A stretch of 62,927 nt of DNA, the filler included, from Octopus bimaculoides (taxonomy: Eukaryota): the NCBI RefSeq assembly GCF_001194135.2. It is 5 parts of 5 records of this genome, joined end to end, with 100 filler letters (N's around TTAATTAATTAA, not from the genome) between each part and the next. Parts side by side here need not be neighbours in the genome. Positions count along the whole stretch, not along the records: positions 22,039 to 39,266 come from NC_068983.1; 4 more parts are not named here. One strand, given 5' to 3'. Under the pieces are notes generated by a model. That model ran no database searches. It saw nothing but the letters and a program-made list of their open reading frames with translations, and had not been told where the DNA came from. A program made the translations under genes and the position numbers. Shown here one piece after another: positions 23,891-37,605 of this stretch. Each line of letters starts with the position of its first letter. The first letter of the stretch is position 1.

Positions 23891-25181
23891 CATATGTATA
23901 TATATATATGTATATATATATATANNNNNNNNNNNNNNNNNNNNNNNNNNNNNNNNNNNNNNNNNNNNNNNNNNNNNNNNNNNNNNNNNNNNNNNNNNNN
24001 NNNNNNNNNNNNNNNNNNNNNNNNNNNNNNNNNNNNNNNNNNNNNNNNNNNNNNNNNNNNNNNNNNNNNNNNNNNNNNNNNNNNNNNNNNNNNNNNNNNN
24101 NNNNNNNNNNNNNNNNNNNNNNNNNNNNNNNNNNNNNNNNNNNNNNNNNNNNNNNNNNNNNNNNNNNNNNNNNNNNNNNNNNNNNNNNNNNNNNNNNNNN
24201 NNNNNNNNNNNNNNNNNNNNNNNNNNNNNNNNNNNNNNNNNNNNNNNNNNNNNNNNNNNNNNNNNNNNNNNNNNNNNNNNNNNNNNNNNNNNNNNNNNNN
24301 NNNNNNNNNNNNNNNNNNNNNNNNNNNNNNNNNNNNNNNNNNNNNNNNNNNNNNNNNNNNNNNNNNNNATACAATAGTTTTTTTTTTTTTGCTCTCTCAA
24401 AACGATTTAGAAATCACGCGAAGATTTAAAAGACGAAAGTTTCCTTGAAAACAGGTGCGCCGATACCAGATATCGGCTCAGTGCACTGCTCTGACCGATA
24501 ACTTAAAATAAACATACAATCTTGTTGTGTGAACGTATCTACGTATATATGTATGTACGTACGTATGTATGTATGTATGTATGTATGTATGTATGTATGT
24601 ATGTATGTATGCACGTACGTATGTATGTATGTGAGCATGGATGTGTATGTGTGTGCATACACATGTTCACATAGATGAATATAGGTGTGAGAGGAAACGA
24701 GTTTTGAAACAAACATACGCTCTGTATTTCCATTATGGATACCAACTTTTGTGCAGCAATGTTAGTCACTTTTGCAGTTATATTGGACATCAAATATCAT
24801 AAGACTTTGGAAGTTACGCATGAATGGCATGTTTGAAATTTTAAACTAAGTATCCATTATGGCTTTTATGGCATTGGACTGTCTGCTAACACGCATACTC
24901 GCACACGCACACACGTGTACACACACACACACACACACACACACGTGTATACACACACACATACACACACACACACACACACATTCTTGATGCATGAAGT
25001 TTGCAATCTTTGAACTAGAATAGTTTACTACGTTCCGACTGCCAGGCACCTTCCATAACGTTGTTGAGACATAATATATTACTTATACCAAGATACGCAC
25101 TGCATCTGAATAACAAAGTATGTGGGAAGGAAAGATTAACACCGTCAACGTAGAGTTTTTTTTTCTGTACTTATACATTAG

Positions 25182-25283
25182 TGAGCTGGCTCTTAATGCA
25201 GTGGAGAAATATTAATGTAGACATGTTAAGCATGTGCTTTTATCAAGTGATTAAATGTAGTCAAGCACGTATACCTTGTAGTG
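25182..25283 (+). CDS. candidate 102-nt internal exon (SWLLMQWRNINVDMLSMCFYQVIKCSQARIPCS), product unknown
   Basis: Acceptor T9CTGTACTTATACATTAG|, donor G|GTAAGT, phase 1-1, one open frame. No recognisable homology. Confidence 0.2.
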
Positions 25284-26659
25284 GTAAGTACTGCGTGGGA
25301 ATTACTGGCTTATGTCATGTAAAAAAAATACTCATATATGTTAGAACAATCCGTCATATATTTAACGTGTTAAAAACCCATGGTGGTGGTAACTGAATAG
25401 GAAATTAACTGAGATCTGTTTGAAAAGACTTTTATGTTAAGATCTAATGATATTATTCAACATCGATATCTGAAGTCCAAATTATAAGTTAGCCATTGCC
25501 AGAAGAAGCAGAGCAATCCATTCGCAGATGTATTTTGAGAGAATGCTGTGAGAGCTAGATGCTACTATACAATGTGACGGTAATAAGCTTTATTGTCTCG
25601 ACAAGTGTTCACCACATTTAGAAATTATCTCTATAAGGATTATAGTTATTGCATTCCAGAATGGTTGTTTGGGAGATACCTTGTGCATGGCAGGAGGCCA
25701 GATCGGTATCCTATACAGTGGCACTAATTGCCTGCAAAAAGTTCTCTTTAATCAATGTGCTGTTAAACGGGGAGTTTAAAGAGAGAGCATTTTACTTTTT
25801 AATATATATTTGAGTGGTGGATGCAAAATGCAGGATCCTCTCTGAACGAAAATCGTACATTTTCGCATTAACAATCCAGAATGGTACTAATAGTCAAATT
25901 TTGTCATTTAAATATGCAATAATAGCGGTGTTCACTAGAGAAAATGGTAAGAAGCCCGTTTTCACCATTTTATAACGTACATTAAGCTGTACTCTTTAGC
26001 CTACCTTATATTTTTCTAGTAACGAATGCTTTCTTTGTGAAAAGTCCACTTTCGCAATTACAGGAAACAATGAAAAATGTCTTGAGAATAAATGTAACGA
26101 AAATGAAATTAAGAGAAATATTTGCTAAATGGATCGGAATAATGGAGATCTACTTAGAAATCATCTAAATGGATTTGAATATTCTATCTACAATACAAAT
26201 TTCTTTTACCAATATTCTTTTCTTTTATGTCCCAAAATGCCTGTAGCTAATCGAAATATTACTTGTTGAGATGTTTTCCCAGACATTTTTCTGTTTCATA
26301 TAGATTATATAAACAGTGATATCTACATACATGAAGACAAACATGCACACATATGAACACATAATAAGAATTTAGCACACTACAGACACGCAAACATACA
26401 CATACAATCAATTACATACACACACGCAGGTACATGTAAGCGCACACACGCAAACACAATCACAATATGTGTGTGGAGGAGTTGTACAGAGAAAGACAAT
26501 GAGAGAAAGAGAAAAGAGGGAGAGGAGTATAGAAATTGATAGGCAGACAAATGTATAGATACAGAAATATATCATAAAGCTATCCGTTCTAAGCCAGGAT
26601 GTTGTTCACCTGTTGGCTTAAATTTATTACCAGAAAGTAATAGGTTCTATTCTTAAACT

Positions 26660-26830
26660 TAATGGTGGCTCATGGCTTAGTTATTATGGCACTAAGACTA
26701 ATATTTCGAATTTTAAACTAGGCAATTCGTTGTGTTCTTGAACAAACCACTTCACTCCAAGTAGCTCGAGTTAACTCAGCTGGCAAAAATGAGTGATGCT
26801 GCGAAGGACTGACGTCCAACGTTAAAAGAT
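26660..26830 (+). mobile_element. degenerate tRNA-headed SINE (other family)
   Basis: GGCTCATGGCTTAGT head, TTCTTGAACAAACCACTTCACTCCA, GCTGCGAAGGACTGACGTCC; the last motif is shared with 57984-58010. Confidence 0.45.
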
Positions 26831-26921
26831 TTTAGATACAGGAGAAAGCGTGCACGACTTTTGTGATATAAACATTGCACGATCGTCTTGCATGCGACAG
26901 TTATACATCGCTTATTTCATA

Positions 26922-27073
26922 TAGGCGGCGCTGTGTGGTAAGATGATTCGTTCCCAACCACACGGTTCTGTGATCAAACCCACTATGTGGCACCTTCAGC
27001 AAGTGTTTTCTACGATAGTTTTAGGCCGACCGAGTGAGTAGATTTAGTTGAAGGAAAGTAAAAGAAGCCTGTC

Positions 27074-27133
<60 letters not shown>

Positions 27134-27392
27134 GCGTGCGTTCGTGCGCACATGCGTCTGTGTTTGTGTATGTGTGTGTCTTTGTGTCTGCGTTTGTCCA
27201 CCATCACTGCTTGACAACATTTGTTGGTATGTTTACGTACCCGTAAAATAGCGGTTCGGCAAAAGGCACCAACTGAATAAGTACCAAGATTTTAAAAATA
27301 TGCTAGGGTCGATTCATGCGACTGAAAAAAATTTCCAGGCAGTGCTCCAGCATCGCCGCAGTCTAATGACGGAAACAAGTGAAAGATAAAAG
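26922..27392 (+). mobile_element. SINE family A, full-length
   Basis: Head, (TG)n linker, body and AAGTGAAAGATAAAAG tail. Confidence 0.85.
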
Positions 27393-28102
27393 ATATATAT
27401 CAATATACCATTTATGCACACTGTATTTGAAATAAACCCTACAAATAGTCTCTTGTCATAGATACACTGAGATTTAGGAGATTTCTATAACATGCCTTCT
27501 ATTTCCCACTAATCCTCGTGGGGTCAAGGCACATGGTTAGGTCTATTTGTAACCCAGGACTCTAGTTCATGAGAAATCGCGAGATTAACCGACAAGAAGG
27601 TTGATGCAAAAAAGTGGAATGAGAAAACAAAGGGAAAATAAGAACTGAAAAAGTATGGAGAGACGTTAAATAAGTTAGGTCCCTTTGACCTTAGATATCA
27701 TAATTAATCTAGCTGTCGCAGAATAATTCAAGGGTGAGCAGTCTAAAGGCGAAAGAACAGCTTGAAACTCGAGAGTGTAGCTTCCTCCAGTCCAACAAAA
27801 GAAATGCGTCCATGTGACTATATGCATATATGTATGTGCGTATGTGTGTGTGTGTGTGTGTGTGTGTGTTTGTTTGTGCGTGAGTGTGTGTGTGTATGTT
27901 TCAGTGCATGTGAGTGTGTTACGTGTCCACTATGTGTTGGTTCAAAACCTATTTCATTTTATTCTCTGCGACCTCAGTATTCTACCTGATATCTAGGTAT
28001 TAAACGCAAACTGATGAATGGCAAATTTAACCTCCTCATCACTTGAACTCGAGCCGACGATCTAACGTGTTTCTCAGATCGATATATTTGATAAGAAATA
28101 AA

Positions 28103-28420
28103 TTATTGACAAGCAACCAACACCCGTGTTTCTAATAAACTATTGAAGACTTTGTTGAAAGTTTTTACGTGTTGCTGTGTGTTCGAATAATTAGGTTGAC
28201 GAGCTCGGATAAGACCGACAGTAGCTCCCACCGTGGCAATATCAATAATTTTATTTATGTTTTGTTTTCCTATGCTTGGGACTAAAATGCCCAAGACATC
28301 GTTCGTTTTTAAAACGGTAGAATAATATATGAAGGTACGTGTGACCAGAGTAAATATTCCTTCCCTAACACATCAACGGCAGGTAATAGCAAAAAGCAGT
28401 AATGTCATGATGTCTTTGTG
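28103..28420 (-). other. unassigned 106-codon reading frame with one internal TGA
   Basis: TTTTAG|HKDIMTLLLFAITCR*CVREGIFTLVTRTFIYYSTVLKTNDVLGILVPSIGKQNINKIIDIATVGATVGLIRARQPNYS...VACQ*. No family recognised. Confidence 0.2.
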
Positions 28421-29540
28421 CTAAAACATGTAAAACGCCGAAATTTTATGGCATGTTGATATATGTATTTTAAAAATAGAGGAAATTCAAAGTTGTATCT
28501 GCAATGCGTTGATCACTTTAACCTACATCATTATATCTTGATTATCGCTACTCGTTTAATGAAAATTTGCCCATGATATAAATGTTATTAACTAACAATA
28601 TATCAATGTTATAAGTTATAAATGTAATATTGTATACTGAATTTCAAGAGGCACAACTTATGAACTTTTAAATTTAAACTCCTAAACATATAGGAAAGAG
28701 ACTAAAATACTATGAAGATAACCGTTTCACCTGCTACTATTAAGAAGACAGCTGAGACTTAAACGGAAATTATAGGAGTACAAAGAGGTTTCATATGAGA
28801 ATCTACATCAGAATCAACTTTCAGATGGTCCCTTCAGGCACTATAAATTAGAGAGCTCAAATATCCAGTTACTGAATTATTCAATTATATCACGAATGTA
28901 GAAGCCGAGTGTCGAATAGAGAAATCAATATACAATGGAAAACTGAAGCTAGAATTCGCCATCGTGTTTTATTACATGTCAAAGGAAAAGTTCAAGGAGA
29001 CGCAAAACTCTTGAGCGACTGCTTTATATCTTGTGATATTATTGCTGTACGCATTAAATTAACTACAAAATAATTTACGAAATATGAAATATTTGATGCT
29101 TTTCTGTAACGAACCAGCATGTTAGGAATACAATAACGAATGAATATATATCCCGTCGAGTTCTACTTTTCGGAACACCCAATGCTACATAAATACTTAA
29201 GTACGTACGAACGTGTGTTTATATATAGACACAGACACACACACAGGCATGCACTCACACACACACACACACACACATATATATACCAACGTGCTGTCAC
29301 AATATTAAAGAAGTGGAATAATACAACATCCTGAGAAGTTGCCATTATATTTGAAACTGAAATATTTATGGCAGCCTTGGAATGCCGTTCACTTACACTC
29401 GTAAAATATGTATCGTACAGCTGTCCAGTTGGATGCCTATCAAACTCTATGTTCTTAAGAAAGAGATATCTTTTAAATGTTTCAGATATTTCACTGCATC
29501 CACGCAGGAGCACCGCCTTATATAGGAATGATATACATAT

Positions 29541-29604
<64 letters not shown>

Positions 29605-32600
29605 AGATATATATAGAGAGAAAGGGGGAGAAAGAGATTAGTATGATTGAGCGGTTATTTATGTGTATTTGAAGATGAGTGAAATTACCCGATTACCGGT
29701 TAGTATGAACTTAATTTAGGGCATATTGAATTATGTATATGTTAATGTTATGATGCTGTATACACATATCAGAATGATGTTATAGTGACTGCAGCAGTGA
29801 TAGCAAATAATATAAAATAATAACAGTAGCATAATTATATAGTAAGAAAGCGGGAAGAAAAAGAATGATTAGTAACAGAAGAGTGTAATAACATGATGAA
29901 AAAGGTTAAAAAAAGGAAGAGGGGGGAAAAGTAAAACAAGAAGGATGAGGTGAAAGAGGAATTTATTTTCCAATAATATCAACTGGATATTTTTGTGCCT
30001 TTCTGTATTACTCTATCTTAGAGTATTTATATTTGTGCTGGGAAGGCTATATTTTTGTCTTATTAATGGCAAAGACCTGGAATTTGGTTAGGCTAGTTAA
30101 TCGATTACATCTCTCTAGTACGTGAATAATACGTTATTTTATCGAAGGTGAAATGAAGAAAAGTAAATATCAGCACTTAGTTATTTGCAGTCAATTGTAA
30201 ATTGTCGGTAGAAATAGCGAAGGGATTTTTCTTTGTTGTTTAATCATTCTTCCAGTCAATGCAACCTTGGAAATCCCATACTTCAGTTTTATTTCAGGTA
30301 TGTTTCGTAAATGTTTCTAATACCTATTTGGAGTAGCTACGTTTTGGATCATATATGTTAAGAAACATTGAGTTGACCACACACAAACGCACAAATACAC
30401 ACACACACAAACACAAACACGCACACACTCACTCACACACACATACACACATACAAACACGCTCAAGAATGTATACGTATAATCCTATATGTATGTATAT
30501 GCCAGGCGACGCTGTAACAAGCCACTTCAATGCTACAGACCATTCCATCACTCAGTCACCAGTGCGCTGCCTTGCCGCACGTCGTAGATCCACATTCTTT
30601 TGGAAACGGAGGTAAAAATGTGGTACTATATCACCGAAAGGTTTAAATGAATGTTTTTTTCTCCTACTACTAGAGCTCCTTTTAGTTCATTAAATATTTT
30701 CTTTTCCTTTAACTCCCGTTTTACCTCATTTTCCTCTCCTCACTTCACTCCCGATTTGTTTGCTTCACTTCCTCATACCATTCCTCTTCCCTTTTACCTT
30801 TTCATGCTCTTTCTACTATCACTTCTTGTTCACTGTTGAAGACAGATCTTTTTTAACATAGAGTATGTAAGTAGGTGCTGTCGCTCATTGATTTCTCTCT
30901 TTTCAAATCTTCCATGAAGAATGACAGCCCGAAGTTTTGGATTCTACATTCCGAACGGCAAGTTCATTGCACTCTTATCATCGATTTGATTTTACTTTAT
31001 ATTGCAAGTCTTTTTGGTGCAGACGCTCAACAGTCTCTCTCTGGAATCTACTCAATCAAATGTATGTATATATATATGCATGCAGGTCCATTAAAGCAGT
31101 TACTTTCTCAGCAGATACAATTTCAACACTTATTGTCTAATGAATATCAGATTGCTTACTCAGAGGACTGTACTAATACAAAATTTACGAGCGGCAATAA
31201 TACATCATTGAACATGCTTTGGATTGTATGATCTTCTTTAGGGATCGAAATGGTACCGTGGATCACGAGGGTAGATGTAGAACTTGTGAATACGTAGTTA
31301 TGACTGTTTTCTGCCGTGTCTAGAGATGAAATGTATTCTAGCGTCAACACCAACGTATGTTATATTAGACGGAGGTAAAATACAAGCGAATCTAGATACT
31401 ATTTCTAGCCAGACAAGTAAGAAAGTAAAGGCATAATAATCCAAACGTCCTTCCTCCTGCCATTTAAATGTATAAGCAGCCATCAAGGTAAACAAATATA
31501 AAACTAACCTAAAAATATAAGCCGAAATCCTGTTGGATACAAAATATTGTCAATTGACCCATAAAGTAGACAGCGAATGTATAAAAAAAGACTTACAAAT
31601 TATGGTACACATGGGTATTTATTGTATATGAAACAAAATAATATGAAACACTATAAGAAATAATATATTTGTGTTTCTGTGTGTATGACATATATGTTAT
31701 TTCTTATATGTACATCATCTCTAAGTAGATAGAATAAATATTTGTCGTTTTATTTGTTTAGGAATTCGTGCATTCGTTTTCTGTTCATTCATGAGTAAAA
31801 ATATGTTTGTTTCTAAAAGAAAAAAAAGAAAAGAAAAAAAAAAGAAGAAGAAAAAACATTCCCAAACATTTTTGATAAAAACACAATAAAGTAATCAGAG
31901 AGAAATAATGTTTTGGAAAATAAAAAAAAATGTGAACTTCAATGAAACAATTTATGAACGAAAAATACAGTTTCCATCATAGTATGTATACGTTTGTACA
32001 TACATACATACATACATACATACATACCTCTATGTGTGCGTATGTGTGCACCCTCCACATGCACATTCCTGAAGAAACACCGGCAAACTTGCGTGTGCAC
32101 CCCCAAATTCTGCTCATTTTCACACCATGAATTTTCAATGTGACAGATGCATTAGTTTGATAAATGTAAACTTGGTAAAGTAGGAGGTTCTCAATGCAAT
32201 TTACTTGCAAGTCTCTTACTCTTAAACACCTGAAATTGGGATCATATAAGAGATGCCTCAAAAAGACATTTAGAGGTTCATATATGTATTATAGCTGTAC
32301 CTTTATCAATGGTGTTTTACAAGAACTGAATGTACGAGAACGGTTTCCTTTAATAACGGACCATATTTCTGCCTAGTAGAATAGAAGTGAAATCAACATA
32401 TTTTTAACAACTACTATACGGATAAATGTTTTATCACTCAGATTCAACATAGTACCCTTCATCTCCGTTTTGAAATCTCTATTGCGTCGCTTTAAACTCG
32501 GGGAATTTGCGAATCATCTTCACTCCACATTGGCGTATCACATTCTATGTACAAGCACACCCAAACAAATTTTGGTACAGCCATATGGGTGGCCGTGAAT

Positions 32601-32975
32601 GTACGCCATTGATATTATTCTGTTCCTTAAACGGATACATTCATAAAATGCTATATATAGACAGGTACTGCAGTGGCTGATCTATTGAAAGTGCATGTTC
32701 ATAAATTGTGAGACGAAGACGGTGATACATACATTTTAAAGGATTTTAGAAATGGAAAAGGTAAATAAAGACTGCATATGTTTCAAAGATACAATTCATG
32801 TCTTTAATAACACGTAGCCCATACAAAAACAGTTTAGCTAATAATTACGTCCCATTAACTGCAATTTCTTACATATATACACGCTCACATAATCACATAC
32901 AGGCGGGTATATACATATACACACAAGCGCACGCACACACACACACACATACATACACACACACACACATACATA

Positions 32976-33056
<81 letters not shown>

Positions 33057-34682
33057 CAAAGGTTAGAGAAGGGAAAAATGGACGAAAACTGGGCGAAAAC
33101 AACGGCCAGAAAAGGGAGACAAAAACACGATACAAGGATCATTCGCAGGTGACTTTCTCATCAGTTAGTTTCCGAAACGTCTTAGTGGTCTCACGCTACT
33201 TAAACCAATACCACTGTTATCGCCAGAGCATAGAGCATCATATATATGTATATATAATGGACGATATATGCTTGTAGAAATAGATACGTGTATGTATCTA
33301 TATATCTATCACCGATTCATATTTAGTAGCTACATGGCATACTTTCTATTGGAGTAGTAATTCGACAGAAGTATTTCTATGAGTCTGTAGAATTGATGAG
33401 CTCCATTCTGACATTTTGAAATTATTAAAAATGTTTCAAGTGACGCCTTATTTGAAGTATGTCTCTTACGTTTTCCCTTCAGCCCTCGCTCAGAGCTAAT
33501 TACATTTCTGCAAATTGCTTGGATACTGAAACTCGATTAAATATTACGTTAAATCCAAGTATTACGTTTTGAACTTTTGTAATGTTATTATGTTTAATCT
33601 TCGAAGTATTTAAATAAAGCAATGATAATGCTGGATTGCTATATTATTACCAGATTTTACTCGATGTAGTGCAGCTACGTCTGAATGATAAATCCATACT
33701 ATCCAGTTTATACTGTGCAGATAAAAGAATGTTCGTCAAGTCTTATTATACACCACTTAAAAGACATTTTTTTTTGTAATTTATTATTAGCAGAGCGTTA
33801 ATAATTTTAATTTCAGTTCTGTCCCATTTTCCCTATAACTTACAATTAAATTTAATCAGTCGAATTCGAAATGAATTGTGGTCTTCCGTTTTGTTAATAG
33901 TTTGCCGAATAAAGAAGACTCCGAAGAAATCATAATTGAATTTTTTTTGCATGATGATGACTTCTTCGCAATATATTATTTTAATGGAATTTTAAAATAC
34001 TGAAACATTTAATACTCAATTGATCTTCCTCTATTAAGTCAATCGTATTATCAAACTTTCGGTTATATGAATGATCTTTGGATTTGATTTCTATCAATGC
34101 TTTCTAGCAGTGATCAACGTATGACATTCGAAAAATGGCCACAGTGATTCAAGGCGGCTACAATTCAAAAATTGGTACAATCATCATCATTGGCTTTAAT
34201 AATGCTTTTACATTTTAGAGGTAGAAGAATTTTCAAGATTCTTCCTCTATGTTGAGGATAACGACAATTTCACAAAGATGAATCAAAAATATATTTAATG
34301 GACTCGACAGATGTAGGAATAACCATGTTGAAGCAAAAATAAAAAGAAATCAATTTCATTAGCTTTGTATGTATTCTCTCCATTCCACCGTCAGATGATG
34401 GATCCCATTGTTTAAATATTGACTTTAATTAAAGATCTCAGAGGCTTTTGTAAGTTGTGTGCACACATCACATTAAAAAGCATGTGTATCGCAAAAGATA
34501 AATATTGGAAAGAATCTGGAGAAAGAAGCAACAATTCGTGATAAAACAGTTGAGAGTCCTTGTCATATATCAGAGATTTCAAATAATGAAAGTGCAGCAC
34601 ATCCCTAGCATGATTGCAGATTTAAAATTGAAACAAATTAAAGAGTACAGAGATCTTTCTATCTATCTATCTATCTATCTAC

Positions 34683-34746
<64 letters not shown>

Positions 34747-36589
34747 ACATACATACATATATAATTCATGCTTACATACATACATACACTCACACACTTA
34801 TACACATAAACATATATATGTACTTTCAAAAGCATATGAGCACGCACATACGGACAAAAACTCGCGTATATAATTGTCATGCACCTGAAAAAAGTAGTCC
34901 TACATTTTGAACAATACAGATGAAACTGGCGTTTATAGCAATAAAAATTTAATAGCGGGTGAATACAATAACGTTTTGTGAAAAAAACAAAACAATACGT
35001 TTGCTATTTATTTCGTACTGATCAATTTATTCAAAACATCAAAAGAATATTTCGGTAGTAATTAGTTTGACAAACAAGGCGAAAATGAAAGTTATACTAA
35101 TGAAAAAATTTTTTGGAGTAATATTAATATTTATCAATTGTTTCTTAGCATCACTGTAAGCTAGTTATTATGCAGAACTGAAATATGAGTGGTATGTATA
35201 CATATATGAATTAAAATAAGGCTAATATGCCAAACGGTTGTGTTTTATAACATGAATTTTATTTGCAGTTAACTTCAGCAATTAATTCACGAACGTCAGT
35301 AAATCAGTGAAAGTTTTAGCACTGATCATAAATTTGCAACTAGTCCTACACTCACTTTGTTCATCCAAAAGATGCCGTTTAATTTGAAAAGATGACATCT
35401 TTTTGCCCAAATATCTTAAAATGTATAATTGCTTATTTTTCACGTGATTTTCACAACAGGGTTTAAAGCCGCTTTAATCTTGCTTTACTCGGAATCCCCG
35501 ATCTACGTATTGTGAAGAATTTTAGCTCCTATAGCATTCTCTCCCCATGTATATATATATATATATATATATNNNNNNNNNNNNNNNNNNNNNNNNNNNN
35601 NNNNNNNNNNNNNNNNNNNNNNNNNNNNNNNNNNNNNNNNNNNNNNNNNNNNNNNNNNNNNNNNNNNNNNNNNNNNNNNNNNNNNNNNNNNNNNNNNNNN
35701 NNNNNNNNNNNNNNNNNNNNNNNNNNNNNNNNNNNNNNNNNNNNNNNNNNNNNNNNNNNNNNNNNNNNNNNNNNNNNNNACTAGCTGGGCGCCAAGCCTT
35801 CAGAAATGACGGCTAATTGTAGTATTTTCTATATAAATAAGGTACGAAAGGAAGATTTTGGTTTAATAATTCTTTTATTACTAAATATTTTGTGTGAAAA
35901 ATTTACCGCAACGAACTTCTTTTGACTCCTTGTTTCCTTCAAAAGAATTTTCAGGTTTTCCTTCCCTCTTGTCCGACTTAAGGCCACATAAGGCTGGCCG
36001 TTGCTAAATACGGGAGCTGGGAAGTAAATACTAAATACACAGATTTAAAACACTGATTTTTCTTTTCAGCTTTGAACTTTCACAATCCCACTTTCATTGC
36101 ACACACACACAAACACTAACATACCTCCCTTTTACTTACACACACATAAACTCACACATAGTTCAAGCGCTGTTTGATTTATCTTTTTCACCGTACAGTT
36201 TCTATCATCCCACTACGAAGTTTGCCATCACTCCTTCCTTCTTTATTCATCTATCACTCCTTCCGTTCTCATTCATAAACACAAGAGTATTATTATAGTA
36301 CATTATCTCGGCAACCATGGGAGCTATGAAAAAGTACAAAGCTCAGCAACGGTCCTGCAGTTTTTTTAAGCCCTGTAAAATAACTAGGATAGCTGAGCAT
36401 CCAGCCAGGCCTTTCACGATGCCCTTGAAGTCAGGAACTTTTCAACAACCGTTAGTTAGATAGATACATAGGCATAAGAGATGTAAATAAACAACCCATA
36501 AAGCGTTGGTTTATTTGAACTTGGAAAGATTAATATTTTTTAATAGTTGACATTTTTACGTTTCAGGTTCTCTAAGTGACTGTTTAGTC

Positions 36590-37605
36590 GTACCACGTAC
36601 AAAAGAACCCTCGGATTTGTCCAAATTTCAAACAGACCGTATTTTGGGTCAATCTGAAGGTGGACTTAGCGTAAAATCGCAGAAAGCTTTGGAATCCCGC
36701 TTTCTACAGTTAATAGCGTGATTGTGCAATTCCTCAGAGAGGGAAAGAAGTCCATATCCCCTTGCCCAGATCGATCAGGGCCCTCCGACAAGACCCTATC
36801 CTATGTTAAGTGATGTGTGGGGGATAATCTTTATTGCAATACCTCATACATAGCAGAACGTGTTGATGTCAGTGCCAAAACAGCTGTCAGGTATCTCCAC
36901 AAAGTTGGCTACTATGGCGAGCCGCAAGAAGGAAGCCACTTCTTCAACCAGCCAATACCAGGCGGAGAAATGTTTGGACCAGTGAGATGATGGAGTAGCC
37001 GCTAGCATTTTGGGACACTATTATATTCTTTGATGGGTCCAGATTTGCCTTATTTTCTGACAGTGTCCGAGTGTGTGTCTGGAGACTTGGTGATCAAGAA
37101 TTTGACATGAAAGGATCACTGTCAACATTGAAACAAGGGAGCTATTCAGCGATGGTGTTGGGAGCAATTAAGAGCAACAGTCAGAGCTTGTGGAGTGTGA
37201 TGGAATTATTAGCTCATATAAATATGTGTCCATATTTCTGGAAGGAGTCCTTCCAATTTTCTCTAATAGTGAAATAATTAAAGAAGACTATTTATGGAAG
37301 ATGAGACCCCTTGTCACACGGTAAAAAGACCGAAGATTAGATGAAAAAGAATTGCTTTACAAAACTTCAAAAGGCCAAATCAGCCACCAGATATGAACCC
37401 TATTGAACACCTCTGGGGCATAAAGGACTGGACACTGTGTAAACAAAAAAACAAGAAAGCATCCTCAAAGCCAGATCTTTTGAGGTTACTACTGCATGAA
37501 ACTTCGCAAGAAATCCCCAAAGAAAATATTCGTCGTCTGATCAGGAGCATGCCTTATACGAGCCTTGCATTGAAAAATACAAAGAGCATGTCTACTAAAT
37601 ATTAG
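36590..37605 (+). pseudogene. Tc1-type (DD34E) transposase pseudogene
   Basis: PRTKE..LSKFQTDRILGQ (paired-like HTH), ARRKPLL, IIFFDGSRF (D1), MEDETPCHT (D2 at 37300), PDMNPIEHLW (E at 37405); 34 codons lie between D2 and E. Stops and frameshifts present; TIRs not recognised. Confidence 0.9.

Noticed and set aside
24426-24500. Minus-strand peptide EQCTEPISGIGAPVFKETFVF resembling a C2-domain NPVFNETFVF motif
   Set aside because: A stop follows immediately, there is no donor site and no other C2 strands nearby; a short match is expected by chance.
28790-29012. Protein-like frame IIGVQRGFI*...ELKYPVTELFNYITNVEAECRIEK
   Set aside because: Interrupted by stops and without splice signals; possibly an ancient TE remnant, but no diagnostic motif supports a call.
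33130-33185. CTGATGA on the minus strand and CGAAACGTC on the plus strand
   Set aside because: The two half-cores are on opposite strands; neither strand gives helix II plus GAAA plus helix III, so it is not called a hammerhead.
34097-34127. DQRMTFEKWPQ resembling the start of a BIR domain
   Set aside because: Stop right after, and no downstream AGF/C-x2-C/H/C residues.
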